A DNA stretch of 62,059 bases, taken from Candidatus Falkowbacteria bacterium (GTDB lineage Bacteria > Patescibacteriota > Patescibacteriia > UBA11705). Position numbers and translations under genes: made by a program. Below are positions 26,960 to 36,374 of this stretch, one piece after another; position 1 is the stretch's first letter, and each line of letters begins with the position of its first letter. The notes under the pieces were generated by a model. It was given only the letters and a program-made list of their open reading frames with translations, ran no database searches and was not told the origin of the DNA. Location of the stretch: NCBI GenBank assembly GCA_003518055.1, contig DOZJ01000002.1, positions 378,304 to 440,362 of the forward strand, in the 5' to 3' direction.

Positions 26960-28217
26960 ACAGCAGAGTCAGGCTTTGATGATTCCTGAAGATGTCCCAG
27001 CCGCGCGGCCGCTTATGGTTGCGACAAGAGATGATGAGGCGCTGAAGCGTGATCTCGGCTTGGCGACCGCTGCTGATCTGCGGACTGGTCCGACAGACAT
27101 GGTGCTTTTTGAAAAGGCTGGCAGTATCGCGCAGCAGCTTCTGACGGTTGATCTGACGGATCCGGCCGTCGGCCAGACCCAGCGCAAGATGATGGAATCC
27201 TTTGGCCAGACTGCCGAGCGCAAGTGCCACAAGTCTTCAGGGATGCTCAGCACACCGCTTGGCAAGATGAAGGGGCTCGATGGCCAGGATTCCGGTCTTG
27301 CATCTTCACTTTCGTCTCTGACAGCCAAGGTTCAGGATTTGAATCCGGGCAAGTACAAGCTTGATCCCTCTAAGTACGGCTTGCTTCGGCGATTCTTCAT
27401 CCGTTTGACGCTGATGGCTCCGCCTCTTCGGACTTATCTCGCCAAGTTCCAGTCTGGTGAGATGGCTATCAATCTAATCATTGATGCCCTTGAAAGTGGC
27501 AAGGAAAAGCTTGAGAGGAATAATGATGAACTTGAGACCGAGCAGACTGAGATGCGGCGCGCCACCTTCGAGTTGCAGCAGGCCATCAAGCTCGGTCATG
27601 CTCTCGATAAGCATTTGACCAATGTCCATGATTCCATTAATGCTTCTGCTTCAGAGGATGAGCGGCTCAAGAAGCGCTACGTGGCTGAGGAGCTCCTATT
27701 CCCGCTGCGTCAGCGCATCGAGGATCTCCAGCAGCTTCTGGCAGTCAATCAGATGGGTGTGATTGCCACTGAAGTACTGATGAAAAATAATCGGGAACTC
27801 ATCCGCGGTGTCAATCGCGCCATCAAGGTTACGACCCGGGCACTTCGCATCGCCGTCATGCTCAGTGTGGGGCTTCATGACCAGCAGTCAGTGTTTGCTC
27901 AGACCAGCGCAATCAATGATACCACGAATGAGCTGCTTGTTCAGGATGCGGCACAGTTGCGGACGCAGGGCGTCGCGATTCACAAGCAGGCGGCCAGCGC
28001 CATGCTCAACATCGAAATGTTGAAGCGGGCGATGGAAGATACCATGATGGCCTTTGATGAGATTTCTCAGTTCCGTCAGGAAGCCCTGCCCAAGATGCGC
28101 GCTGACATCGATGCTTTGGAGGAGCTCACTACCGGCGCTGACAACAAGATCCGTGAAATGGAACGGGGCAAGGCGGCTCGTCCGATGATCGATCTGGCCG
28201 TTTCCGAAGCGGCCTGA
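26946..28217 (+). CDS. telA: TelA/KlaA-family toxic-anion-resistance protein (423 aa)
   Basis: ORF track frame 26709..28217. I start at ATG 26946 after GAGGAG (26934-26939), a 14-nt overlap with xpaC. Long helical TelA-like pattern (YLAKFQSGEMAINLIIDALESGKEKLERNNDELETEQTEM...). Confidence 0.7.
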   Translation: MTMAEQQSQALMIPEDVPAARPLMVATRDDEALKRDLGLATAADLRTGPTDMVLFEKAGSIAQQLLTVDLTDPAVGQTQRKMMESFGQTAERKCHKSSGMLSTPLGKMKGLDGQDSGLASSLSSLTAKVQDLNPGKYKLDPSKYGLLRRFFIRLTLMAPPLRTYLAKFQSGEMAINLIIDALESGKEKLERNNDELETEQTEMRRATFELQQAIKLGHALDKHLTNVHDSINASASEDERLKKRYVAEELLFPLRQRIEDLQQLLAVNQMGVIATEVLMKNNRELIRGVNRAIKVTTRALRIAVMLSVGLHDQQSVFAQTSAINDTTNELLVQDAAQLRTQGVAIHKQAASAMLNIEMLKRAMEDTMMAFDEISQFRQEALPKMRADIDALEELTTGADNKIREMERGKAARPMIDLAVSEAA

Positions 28218-28331
28218 GTTCATTTTTCTGTAAGTAGATATAAACTCAGTTAACCAACTGGGTTTTTTGTTGCAAAAAATCAGCGTTTAGCTGATTTCGG
28301 TTGACTCTTAAAGTTTTATTCCGTGGAAGGT

Positions 28332-29744
28332 TTATTTTACACTCCACTTTGTGTCGCTTCCTTCGTCCTGAATTTCCACTCCCATTGAGAGTAGTTGTTC
28401 TCTTATTTTATCGGCCGCGGTAAAGTCCTTTTTGGTGCGACAGGTATTTCTTTCAGTAATCAGGGTTTCAATTTGACGTTGAAACAGCGGATCCAGACTT
28501 TTTCGAGAAAATATAAATGCCCAGACTTTGTCTTGTTTTTTGAGGTGTTTCAAAATAAGCTTAACTGATTTTGAGCCGATTAAATTTTGATCAATAATTT
28601 TGTTCAAGAGGTTTATCAGGCTGAATAACGCGGCGATCGCTTGCGGCGTGTTGAGGTCATCATCCATAGCAGCGGCAAATTGTCGGTTGTTCTCTTCCAA
28701 ATAATTCAACGTTTCATCGATTTTACTGTCATCACCACGAGTGGCCGTCAGTCGATCAATAAAATGATAAACTTTGTTCAAACCCTCAGCCGCCGCCTGT
28801 AATGAATCCATGGTGAAGTTGAGCGGCTGGCGATAATGGCTGGTCACAATTAAGTAACGAAAAGCCATTAGGCCGGCTTTGGTTTTTGCTAGATCATTCA
28901 ATAGTAAAAAGTTTCCCAGGCTTTTCGACATTTTTTGATCGTCAACTTTCAAATGAGCTCTGTGGAGCCAATATTTCACAAATGGCTTGCCGGTCACCGC
29001 CTCGGTTTGGGCGATTTCATTTTGATGGTGGGGAAAAACCAAATCTTCGCCGCCGATATGAATATCAATTTGATCTCCCAGCAGTTTCATAATCATGGCT
29101 GAGCATTCTATATGCCAGCCCGGACGTCCATAACCCCATGGGGATTTCCATTTTATATCGCCGTCAGCGGCAGTGTAAGCTTTCCATAAAGCAAAATCGC
29201 CGTAATTATCTTTTTGATATTCATCCGATGCCATTCGGCCGCCGGCATCAGCCTTCAAGTTTTGGTTATCCAAATTGGCCAACTGGCCGTATGTTTTGAA
29301 CTCGGAAATGTCAAAATAAACCGAACCGTCAGCGGTCTGATAGGCGTAGCCGTTTTCTTCGAGTTTTTTGATGAATTTTACGATCTGTTTTATATAACGG
29401 GTGGCCCGAGGATTTTTTTTGGCTGGTAAAATGTTTATCAGTTTCAAATCATTATAAAACATCTTCTCATATTGAGCCGTAAAATCCGTCAGGGTTTTCC
29501 CCGCGGTGATTGAGCCTTTGATGGTTTTGTCATCAACATCGGTGATATTCATCACATCTTTGACTTTGTATCCGGTATAATTTAGGTATCGCTTGAGCAA
29601 ATCGGAAAATAAATAGGTCGAATAATTTCCAATATGGATGTGGTTGTAAACAGTTGGACCACAGGTGTACATTTTTACCGTATTTTTTTTAAGCGGTGCG
29701 AAGTCTTCTTTGGTCCTCGTTAATGTATTGTATAGTTTGAGCAT
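28332..29744 (-). CDS. cysS: Cysteinyl-tRNA synthetase
   Basis: MYTCGPTVYNHIHIGN (HIGH motif), KMSKS present, 470 aa. Confidence 0.9.
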   Translation of the reverse strand: MLKLYNTLTRTKEDFAPLKKNTVKMYTCGPTVYNHIHIGNYSTYLFSDLLKRYLNYTGYKVKDVMNITDVDDKTIKGSITAGKTLTDFTAQYEKMFYNDLKLINILPAKKNPRATRYIKQIVKFIKKLEENGYAYQTADGSVYFDISEFKTYGQLANLDNQNLKADAGGRMASDEYQKDNYGDFALWKAYTAADGDIKWKSPWGYGRPGWHIECSAMIMKLLGDQIDIHIGGEDLVFPHHQNEIAQTEAVTGKPFVKYWLHRAHLKVDDQKMSKSLGNFLLLNDLAKTKAGLMAFRYLIVTSHYRQPLNFTMDSLQAAAEGLNKVYHFIDRLTATRGDDSKIDETLNYLEENNRQFAAAMDDDLNTPQAIAALFSLINLLNKIIDQNLIGSKSVKLILKHLKKQDKVWAFIFSRKSLDPLFQRQIETLITERNTCRTKKDFTAADKIREQLLSMGVEIQDEGSDTKWSVK

Positions 29745-29887
29745 AATATGGTGATAATTATGGTTTAATTTTACTGTATTTGGTTATTGGTGTCAAAGCA
29801 TATTCGGTAATTATCTTGACAAAACTATCAAGCATGTTAAATTATTACATTCATTCCTACCACCGCGAGTTGGGAAAGGGAGGAATC

Positions 29888-30220
29888 ATGACCAAGGTGG
29901 CGTGGATTGTTTATGTGATGGTGGTTTGCCTTATTTTGGCTCCGGGAATAATTTTTTCTGGTTGCAAACGGGCTAACAAGACTTCGGGAGCCGAGGCTGA
30001 AACCAAAATTGAGGGGGTGGTGGCTGGTGTTGAGTATCACGATGATAATTATTATACGGTTTTGAGATTTCAAGATGGGCGAGTGAGGCTGTTTTGTAAC
30101 CTGTCTGAGGCGACGTTCTATCTCGGTCGTCATCATGTAATCAGTTTGGATTGTGAAAGTTGCGGTTGTTGCCAAATCACCGGAGCTCGGCTATCCGACC
30201 CGGAAAGTGTCACCAAGTGA
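29888..30220 (+). CDS. Small lipoprotein (110 aa)
   Basis: ORF track frame 29780. I start at MTKVAW (29888) after GGGAGGA. Signal peptide with lipobox FSGC. Confidence 0.55.
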   Translation: MTKVAWIVYVMVVCLILAPGIIFSGCKRANKTSGAEAETKIEGVVAGVEYHDDNYYTVLRFQDGRVRLFCNLSEATFYLGRHHVISLDCESCGCCQITGARLSDPESVTK

Positions 30221-30272
30221 CGCTTTTTTTACTTATGTTATAATTGCTGGGTTATTATTAAACAAAAAACAT

Positions 30273-31427
30273 ATGGATTATTATCAAAAATCTTTGGAGT
30301 TGCATGACCGACACAAAGGCAAACTTTCGGTTGAATTGAAAGTCCCATTAAAAGATAAAGATGATTTATCTCTCGCCTATACCCCCGGTGTGGCTGAACC
30401 TTGCCGTGAAATCGCCAGAGATCCAGAGAATGCATACAAATACACGATCAAAGGCAATTCAGTCGCGGTTATCACAGACGGCAGCGCGGTTTTGGGTCTT
30501 GGTAATATCGGCGGGCTGGCCGGGCTGCCGGTGATGGAGGGTAAGGCCGCTTTATTTAAGGAATTCGCAGGAATCGATGCTTATCCGATTTGCTTGAATG
30601 TTCAGAATGTTGATCAGACCATCGCGACTATCAAAAACATTTCTACGGGTTTCGGCGGTATCAACTTAGAAGATTTCAAAGCGCCGGAATGTTTTGCGAT
30701 TGAGGCTGCCTTGCAGAATATTGGTATTCCCGTGATGCATGATGACCAGCATGGCACCGCGGTTGTGGTTTTGGCCGCGTTGATCAACGCGTTGAAAGTT
30801 GTCGGTAAAACCAAGGAACAGGTAAAAATAGTTTTAAACGGCGCCGGAGCTGCGGGTATTGGTGTCAGCAAACTTTTAATCGCTTATGGTTTTGCGGCTG
30901 ATAAAATGATTTTGCTCGATAGTAAGGGGACCATATATTTAGGCCGTGAAGATTTGGCTGATAATCCGGCCAAGTCTGAACTGGCAGCCATGACCAATGT
31001 CGAAAAAACGACCGGATCATTAACCGAAGCCATTGCCGGTGCAGATATTTTTATCGGTGTTTCCGTCAAAGACGCGGTTTCTCCGGCCATGGTAAAGAGT
31101 ATGAACGCCGGAGCCATTGTAATCGCCATGGCCAATCCGGATCCGGAGATTTTACCATCAGCCGCCCATGAAGCTGGTGCGGCGGTAGTCGCGACCGGAC
31201 GAAGTGACTTCCCCAATCAGGTTAATAATGTTCTAGTTTTCCCTGGAATGTTTCGCGGCGCGCTTGATGCCAGAGCAGTTCAAATCACTTTGAAGATGAA
31301 GTTGGCTGCAGCTCAAGCCTTGGCGGAGTTGGTTGCAACTCCGAATGCCGACATGATCCTGCCGTCGCCGCTCGATCGGAATGTTGTCCCGGCGGTAGCG
31401 GCGGCCGTGATGTCTGCTGTTGAATAA
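30273..31427 (+). CDS. NAD(P)-dependent malic enzyme (short form, 384 aa)
   Basis: ORF track frame 30153, starting at MDYYQKS (30273). [40 protein letters not shown]. Confidence 0.85.
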   Translation: MDYYQKSLELHDRHKGKLSVELKVPLKDKDDLSLAYTPGVAEPCREIARDPENAYKYTIKGNSVAVITDGSAVLGLGNIGGLAGLPVMEGKAALFKEFAGIDAYPICLNVQNVDQTIATIKNISTGFGGINLEDFKAPECFAIEAALQNIGIPVMHDDQHGTAVVVLAALINALKVVGKTKEQVKIVLNGAGAAGIGVSKLLIAYGFAADKMILLDSKGTIYLGREDLADNPAKSELAAMTNVEKTTGSLTEAIAGADIFIGVSVKDAVSPAMVKSMNAGAIVIAMANPDPEILPSAAHEAGAAVVATGRSDFPNQVNNVLVFPGMFRGALDARAVQITLKMKLAAAQALAELVATPNADMILPSPLDRNVVPAVAAAVMSAVE

Positions 31428-31484
31428 TCCGTTACCATTTTTCATCGTTTGTGGTATAATGCCGATATCAAATTGCCCAAACTT

Positions 31485-33065
31485 ATGTTAACCAAACCAA
31501 TTTTCCGGCTACTCAAAATTTATGATCAGCCTCAATTGACTTACGATGAGGATGAAGTGATTAGAGTTAATCAAGTGATCGGCCGGGCGGCGTTGATTTA
31601 TGAAAAAATCCGCAATGCCATCGATTATCGTGAAGATCATTTGCTGAGGAAAAACGCGCTGTTTCGGATTCTGAAGCGTAAGCTTTTTATTGAAAAGATT
31701 CTCATCAATCAATCTGAAGATAAGTTAGCCGAACAAATTGTTCATGAAATGATTCGAGCCGGCTACCTGAAAAACAATTTTGAACCAAAGGCCAAAATCA
31801 ATACCGTTTTAACTATTTTAAAAAAATACCACACCTTGATCCAAGCCGCGGATTTGAGCCAGCGTGAGTTTATGTGGCTGATTGAGCTTGAAGCGTGTGA
31901 GATTGAAGAGGTGTTGGTTCCGGCGGACAAAGAAAAGGCCTTGATTCGTTTTGCGTTTGAAGTGATGAATCATCGGGTTATCACCAACCGTGGTGAAATT
32001 GATGACAAAGAAAAAGAGCTGCAGCTGTTTTTGTCCATTCATCGGGCTATCCGTAAACCGGACGACGCGATGTTGGCTTATGTCATGTGGGGGTTGTATT
32101 ATCCCAATTGGAAAGAAGCGGACCCTGAGTTGGTATTGAATATTGGTCGCTCTTTCGCCCAGATTAAAAAACAAATTCAGGATCAGCTTGATCACCCGTG
32201 GCATAAAGGGTTAAATAAAATGACCCGGCGTTGGGCCATCGTCTTTTGGACTATTCAAGACATTATTTTAAAAGATCCGGAAGAGGCTCAGGCCATATTT
32301 GATGATGAAGTCAGGCTTGAGCTGACAATCAATAAAGTTTGTGAAGCCCGCTACAAAGCCGTGAGAAAAAAACTTCACCGCGGTGTTTTTCGCAGTATTA
32401 TATATGTCTTTTTTACCAAGATGTTGTTGGCTTTGGTTCTCGAGCTGCCGCTTGATGTTTGGTTGAAGGGCTTTATCAACTATACCACGCTCGGGATCAA
32501 TATTCTGTTCCCTCCGGTGCTGATGTTCCTGGTCGCCATCACCATCCGTACCCCCGGCAAAAAAAATACTTTGATGATTATTAAGGAAATAAAAACTATC
32601 GTTTATAATTTATCCGATCAGCAGAAATTCAAATTGAAAGCACCGAAAAAACGCGGAACTTTTACCGGCTTTATTCTAAACCTGTTGTATTTGATTGTGT
32701 TCGTTGTCAGTGTATATTTTATTTTTAATGGTCTGGTTTTGCTTGAGTTCGCTTGGTTCAGTTCTCTGATCTTCATTTTCTTCCTGAGCGTAGTCAGCTT
32801 TTTCGGTTTGAGAATCCGCAAACCAATCAAGGAAATCAGCCTTGAGGAAAAGCGTGATAATATTTTTACTTTGCTGATAGATTTTATCTCTTTGCCGTTC
32901 GCCACCTTCGGCCAATGGTCATCAATAAAGTTTTCTAAAATAAACATTATTGCTTTTTTCTTTGACTTTATCATTGAAGCGCCGTTCAAAATTTTTATCG
33001 AGGTGCTGGAGGATTTATTCAGCTTTTGGCGCGAAAAGAAAGAGGAAGCGTTTGACCAGCAGTAA
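31485..33065 (+). CDS. Hypothetical membrane protein (526 aa)
   Basis: ORF track 31449, but TGGTATAAT (31452-31460) looks like an extended -10 box, so the start is probably ATG 31485. Soluble N-terminal half, about 5 TM helices in the C-terminal half. Confidence 0.55.
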   Translation: MLTKPIFRLLKIYDQPQLTYDEDEVIRVNQVIGRAALIYEKIRNAIDYREDHLLRKNALFRILKRKLFIEKILINQSEDKLAEQIVHEMIRAGYLKNNFEPKAKINTVLTILKKYHTLIQAADLSQREFMWLIELEACEIEEVLVPADKEKALIRFAFEVMNHRVITNRGEIDDKEKELQLFLSIHRAIRKPDDAMLAYVMWGLYYPNWKEADPELVLNIGRSFAQIKKQIQDQLDHPWHKGLNKMTRRWAIVFWTIQDIILKDPEEAQAIFDDEVRLELTINKVCEARYKAVRKKLHRGVFRSIIYVFFTKMLLALVLELPLDVWLKGFINYTTLGINILFPPVLMFLVAITIRTPGKKNTLMIIKEIKTIVYNLSDQQKFKLKAPKKRGTFTGFILNLLYLIVFVVSVYFIFNGLVLLEFAWFSSLIFIFFLSVVSFFGLRIRKPIKEISLEEKRDNIFTLLIDFISLPFATFGQWSSIKFSKINIIAFFFDFIIEAPFKIFIEVLEDLFSFWREKKEEAFDQQ

Positions 33066-33104
33066 GCTTTGCCATAAAGAAAAGAGTCAATTATAATTTG
33101 ATAT

Positions 33105-33485
33105 ATGGACAATAATGATAAAACTGACATTCTAACCGCGATAAACACATTTGCCGCCTCGGTTGACGAGCGTTTTAATAATGTTGATAAGCGTTTTGAC
33201 GCTGCCGATAAGCGTTTTGATAAAATCGAAGGTGATATTAAAGAAATTCGCGGTGATATTCAAGAAATCCGCGGTGATGTTCAGAATATTAGAGGGACCA
33301 TGGTTACCAAAGACTATTTGGATGAAAAAATGGCTGATCAACGCGGGGATCTGGTTGTGCTGATGCGCAAAGAGGATAATAAGGTTAAGCGCCTAATTGA
33401 TGTTTTAATTCAGCGCGGTGTTATTACCACCGAGGATAAAAAATCCATCGTTGAAATGGAGCCGTTTCCTGAACTAAGGGGATAA
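33105..33485 (+). CDS. Coiled-coil protein with tandem heptad repeats (126 aa)
   Basis: DKRFDAADKRFDK and GDIKEIRGDIQEIRGDVQNIRG, encoded by 21-nt tandem repeats at about 33184-33300. Confidence 0.55.
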   Translation: MDNNDKTDILTAINTFAASVDERFNNVDKRFDAADKRFDKIEGDIKEIRGDIQEIRGDVQNIRGTMVTKDYLDEKMADQRGDLVVLMRKEDNKVKRLIDVLIQRGVITTEDKKSIVEMEPFPELRG

Positions 33486-33582
33486 TTTATCTTTCTCGTC
33501 AGCTGCTCATGGCAGTTTTTTGATTTTGGTGTTAGTTTTATCAATTTATAATTTCATTGTTATAATAATTCAAAATGATTTT

Positions 33583-34284
33583 ATGACTCAACCCCTAGCC
33601 GGATTTTTATTGATCAACAAGTCCCAAGGCTGGACCTCTTTTGATATTGTGGCCAAATTGCGCCGGATCACTGGGGTGAAAAAAATCGGCCACGCTGGCA
33701 CGCTTGATCCGCTGGCCTCAGGTTTACTGATTGTCGCTGTCGGCCGCGAAGCGACCAAAAGAATTGACGAGTTCAAAGCCATGGAAAAGGATTACGAAGC
33801 TGAACTTGAGTTCGGCAAGGTTAGCGACACGTATGATATCGACGGAAATGTGTTGGCGTTTGCGAGGATCGATCGCGACGACGCAAACCCCAACCCGGTT
33901 TCAATTGAAACAGTTTCCTCGGCGCTGAATTCGTTTCTCGGGGTAATTGAACAAATGCCACCGGCGTTTTCCGCAAAAAAAATTGGCGGCACTCCTGCCT
34001 ACAAATTGGCTAGACAAGGGAAAGTGGTTGAATTAAAACCGGCCACTATTGAAATAAAACAAATCGAAATTTTAAAATACGCTTGGCCGTTACTGAGTTT
34101 GAAGGTTACTTGCGGCGCCGGCACCTATATACGCAGTTTGATTCATGATCTGGGCCAAAAAATCGGCTGCGGCGCGATTATGACCGGTCTGGTACGAACA
34201 AGAATCGGGCAGTACGAGCTGATGGACGCCAAAAATATTGACGCGCTGACGATTGACAATTGGATGGATTTTATGGTAGTTTAA
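33583..34284 (+). CDS. truB: tRNA pseudouridine(55) synthase
   Basis: ORF track frame 33520, starting at MTQPLAG (33583). GFLLINKSQGWTSFDIV...GHAGTLDPLASGLL. Confidence 0.85.
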   Translation: MTQPLAGFLLINKSQGWTSFDIVAKLRRITGVKKIGHAGTLDPLASGLLIVAVGREATKRIDEFKAMEKDYEAELEFGKVSDTYDIDGNVLAFARIDRDDANPNPVSIETVSSALNSFLGVIEQMPPAFSAKKIGGTPAYKLARQGKVVELKPATIEIKQIEILKYAWPLLSLKVTCGAGTYIRSLIHDLGQKIGCGAIMTGLVRTRIGQYELMDAKNIDALTIDNWMDFMVV

Positions 34285-34476
34285 TCATAATCGTTCACCC
34301 ACACATGAGGCGGTCATGTGGCTCTCAAGGCATCGGGCTTCATTACTTAAAGACCGCAGGCGTTATTTGCGATCATGAGGACGCCTAACTGAAGGCAGTT
34401 AATTTTTTAATGATTGATAATAACTGTTAAGTGTGATTAAATGATATACTCTCCATCAAAGCGAAAGGAGCGCGTT

Positions 34477-34935
34477 ATGGCGGGATCAGTAAAAGTGGAT
34501 GTCAAGTTTGAATGTCCGGTTTGCGGCGGTCATGAATATTATCCGCCTGTTACCGTGTACCAGAGGGAAGATGGTTTGTTTGAATATCAGGGACCGATGC
34601 TCAATGGAAAGCGTATTTCGGAGTTTCAATGCCTATCTTGTTCGGTGGGGTTTAGGGATCTGGTAAAATTCGGCACTTTGCGCCAGAGACAGAGAGATGA
34701 GGCTGAGCGCCAGAGGGAATCGGCCAGATCTGCTGCCAAGGACAAATGCGATCCTGGTCCACCTTACACCCGCGGTAGAGATTTGTGCTTGGATCGCTGC
34801 GATGGGTGTCAGTCTGAGGCGCAAGGTGATAATGAAATGGAAGCGTTGATAGGCGAGCCTGACGCCGCTGGTGGCGTAGATCGTGATGATTGTTATAAAA
34901 GTCGTTTTGCTTTTGAAGGTCCGAAAACAATGTAG
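34477..34935 (+). CDS. Zinc-ribbon protein (152 aa)
   Basis: ORF track frame 34441. The ATG at 34477 follows AAAGGAG. CPVCGG ... CLSC. Confidence 0.55.
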   Translation: MAGSVKVDVKFECPVCGGHEYYPPVTVYQREDGLFEYQGPMLNGKRISEFQCLSCSVGFRDLVKFGTLRQRQRDEAERQRESARSAAKDKCDPGPPYTRGRDLCLDRCDGCQSEAQGDNEMEALIGEPDAAGGVDRDDCYKSRFAFEGPKTM

Positions 34936-35344
34936 CTAACCGAATTGGTTAGTTTTTTGATTTAGACTGTATGGGAGCCCAGCTCGGCTTCCCGCCCTAA
35001 AGGACGGGGAAAATTCTCTTCTCCGCGGCTTTCTTGACTGCCGAAGCTTCAGCGCAGGCAGTAGCCCGGGAGTCCAGCGCGGCATCCTATCCACAATGAC
35101 AGGGATACGCAAAGTGATTTGTTTAAACTATCCATATAGGTAGTTTTTTGAATAAATAATTTGTTCACAATCCAAAATAGATATTCGTATATGTGCGTCG
35201 TTGTAAATGAAGTGGAATGATTTATTCATACTGATTAAAGTTGAAGTTTATTTAAGAAAAAAACAAAGTGGTAATAACAGGCTGTTTCTTGTGAAAAGAT
35301 AATAAGATGATATAATATTCATGAAAAATTAATTATAAAAAAAT

Positions 35345-35581
35345 ATGCCACAAGAAAAACCATCAATGGGCAGTTTAGACGAAGCAGTTTCAAAGAGGGG
35401 ATTGCAGCCAGGATCGACATGGAGCGAAGTTAATCGTCACGATGACACGACCGCCAGAGCCAAGGAGGCGGTGGCCAGAGAGCTGCCGGCAGATTCAAGT
35501 TGGGATCAAATTTTTGATCATGACAAAGCCCAAGCCCAATTGGATGAAAATCAGGAAGAAGATGAATCGGAGGCTGTTTAG
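35345..35581 (+). CDS. Small acidic hypothetical protein (78 aa)
   Basis: ORF track only; no clear SD. Confidence 0.4.
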   Translation: MPQEKPSMGSLDEAVSKRGLQPGSTWSEVNRHDDTTARAKEAVARELPADSSWDQIFDHDKAQAQLDENQEEDESEAV

Positions 35582-35636
35582 ATTTGATTTTTACAACGGC
35601 GAGCCACGGGCTTGTCGTTTTGATTCATAATAAAAT

Positions 35637-35665
35637 TTGACACAAATCATTTCTCTTGGTATAAT
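35637..35665 (+). promoter_or_regulatory. Perfect-consensus sigma70 promoter upstream of a long untranslated leader, tRNA-His and hisS
   Basis: TTGACA (35637-35642), 17-nt spacer, TATAAT (35660-35665). Confidence 0.7.
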
Positions 35666-36007
35666 CTTTTTGTTGTTAATTGAAAACATTAAATACGTCA
35701 GTACAAGGAAGATGTTTTGCCTAATTTAGGCCAAGCGAGTCGGGGACAGTGCAAGCCCGATCCTAAAATCAAAACTACACACCCTTGGATGTTACCTAGG
35801 TAACGCGTAGCCTGAATCAAAATTCAGGCCGAGTCTTGATCTCGTAAAAAATCACCCTGATGATAGTCAGGCGTTTTTGAAGAGAGCTTTCTTTTCTTTA
35901 ATGCGATTTAAGTATCAGGGAAAAGAGAGCTTTTTTCTTTTCCCAAACCTACACGCTGTCTAAACTTAATTCTCTTAATTAACTAAATCTCTCTTATCCT
36001 CAATCGT

Positions 36008-36084
36008 GGCGGTCGTAGCTCAGTCGGTAGAGCACTGGTTTGTGGTACCAGTGGTCGCGGGTTCGAGTCCCGTCGTCCGCCCCA
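36008..36084 (+). tRNA. tRNA-His(GUG): tRNA-His (anticodon GTG) with encoded G-1 and CCA
   Basis: Manual cloverleaf: G-1 opposite C73, anticodon arm CTGGT-TTGTGGT-ACCAG, T-arm GCGGG-TTCGAGT-CCCGT. One T-T mismatch in the acceptor stem. Confidence 0.85.
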
Positions 36085-36374
36085 CCGTATTAAGCGAGAT
36101 AAGCAAGACAGCGAGAAAAGCAGGGTAAGTTAATTACGGTTACTTATTTCACTTACCTTAATTAAAACTCGTCTCGCTGATATAAAATTCCTGACTATCT
36201 GGAATTTTTTTGTTATAATGTAATAAAGGAGGATTGAGAGAATTAAGTTTATAAAGGAAAGAGGATTAAGATGTCTGAGTGTTTGTAACAATACATAAAA
36301 ATATTATACTCAACAACTCCAGATTTTAATTCTCTTAATCTCTCAATCACTTAATCACCTGATTATCTTTCTTT

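Noticed and set aside
35672-36007. T-box riboswitch upstream of tRNA-His/hisS
   Set aside because: I looked for the T-box core (..GGGUGGnACCgCG..), an AGAGA-type stem I motif and a His specifier. Only a weak GGATGTTACC resemblance is present, so no call is made.
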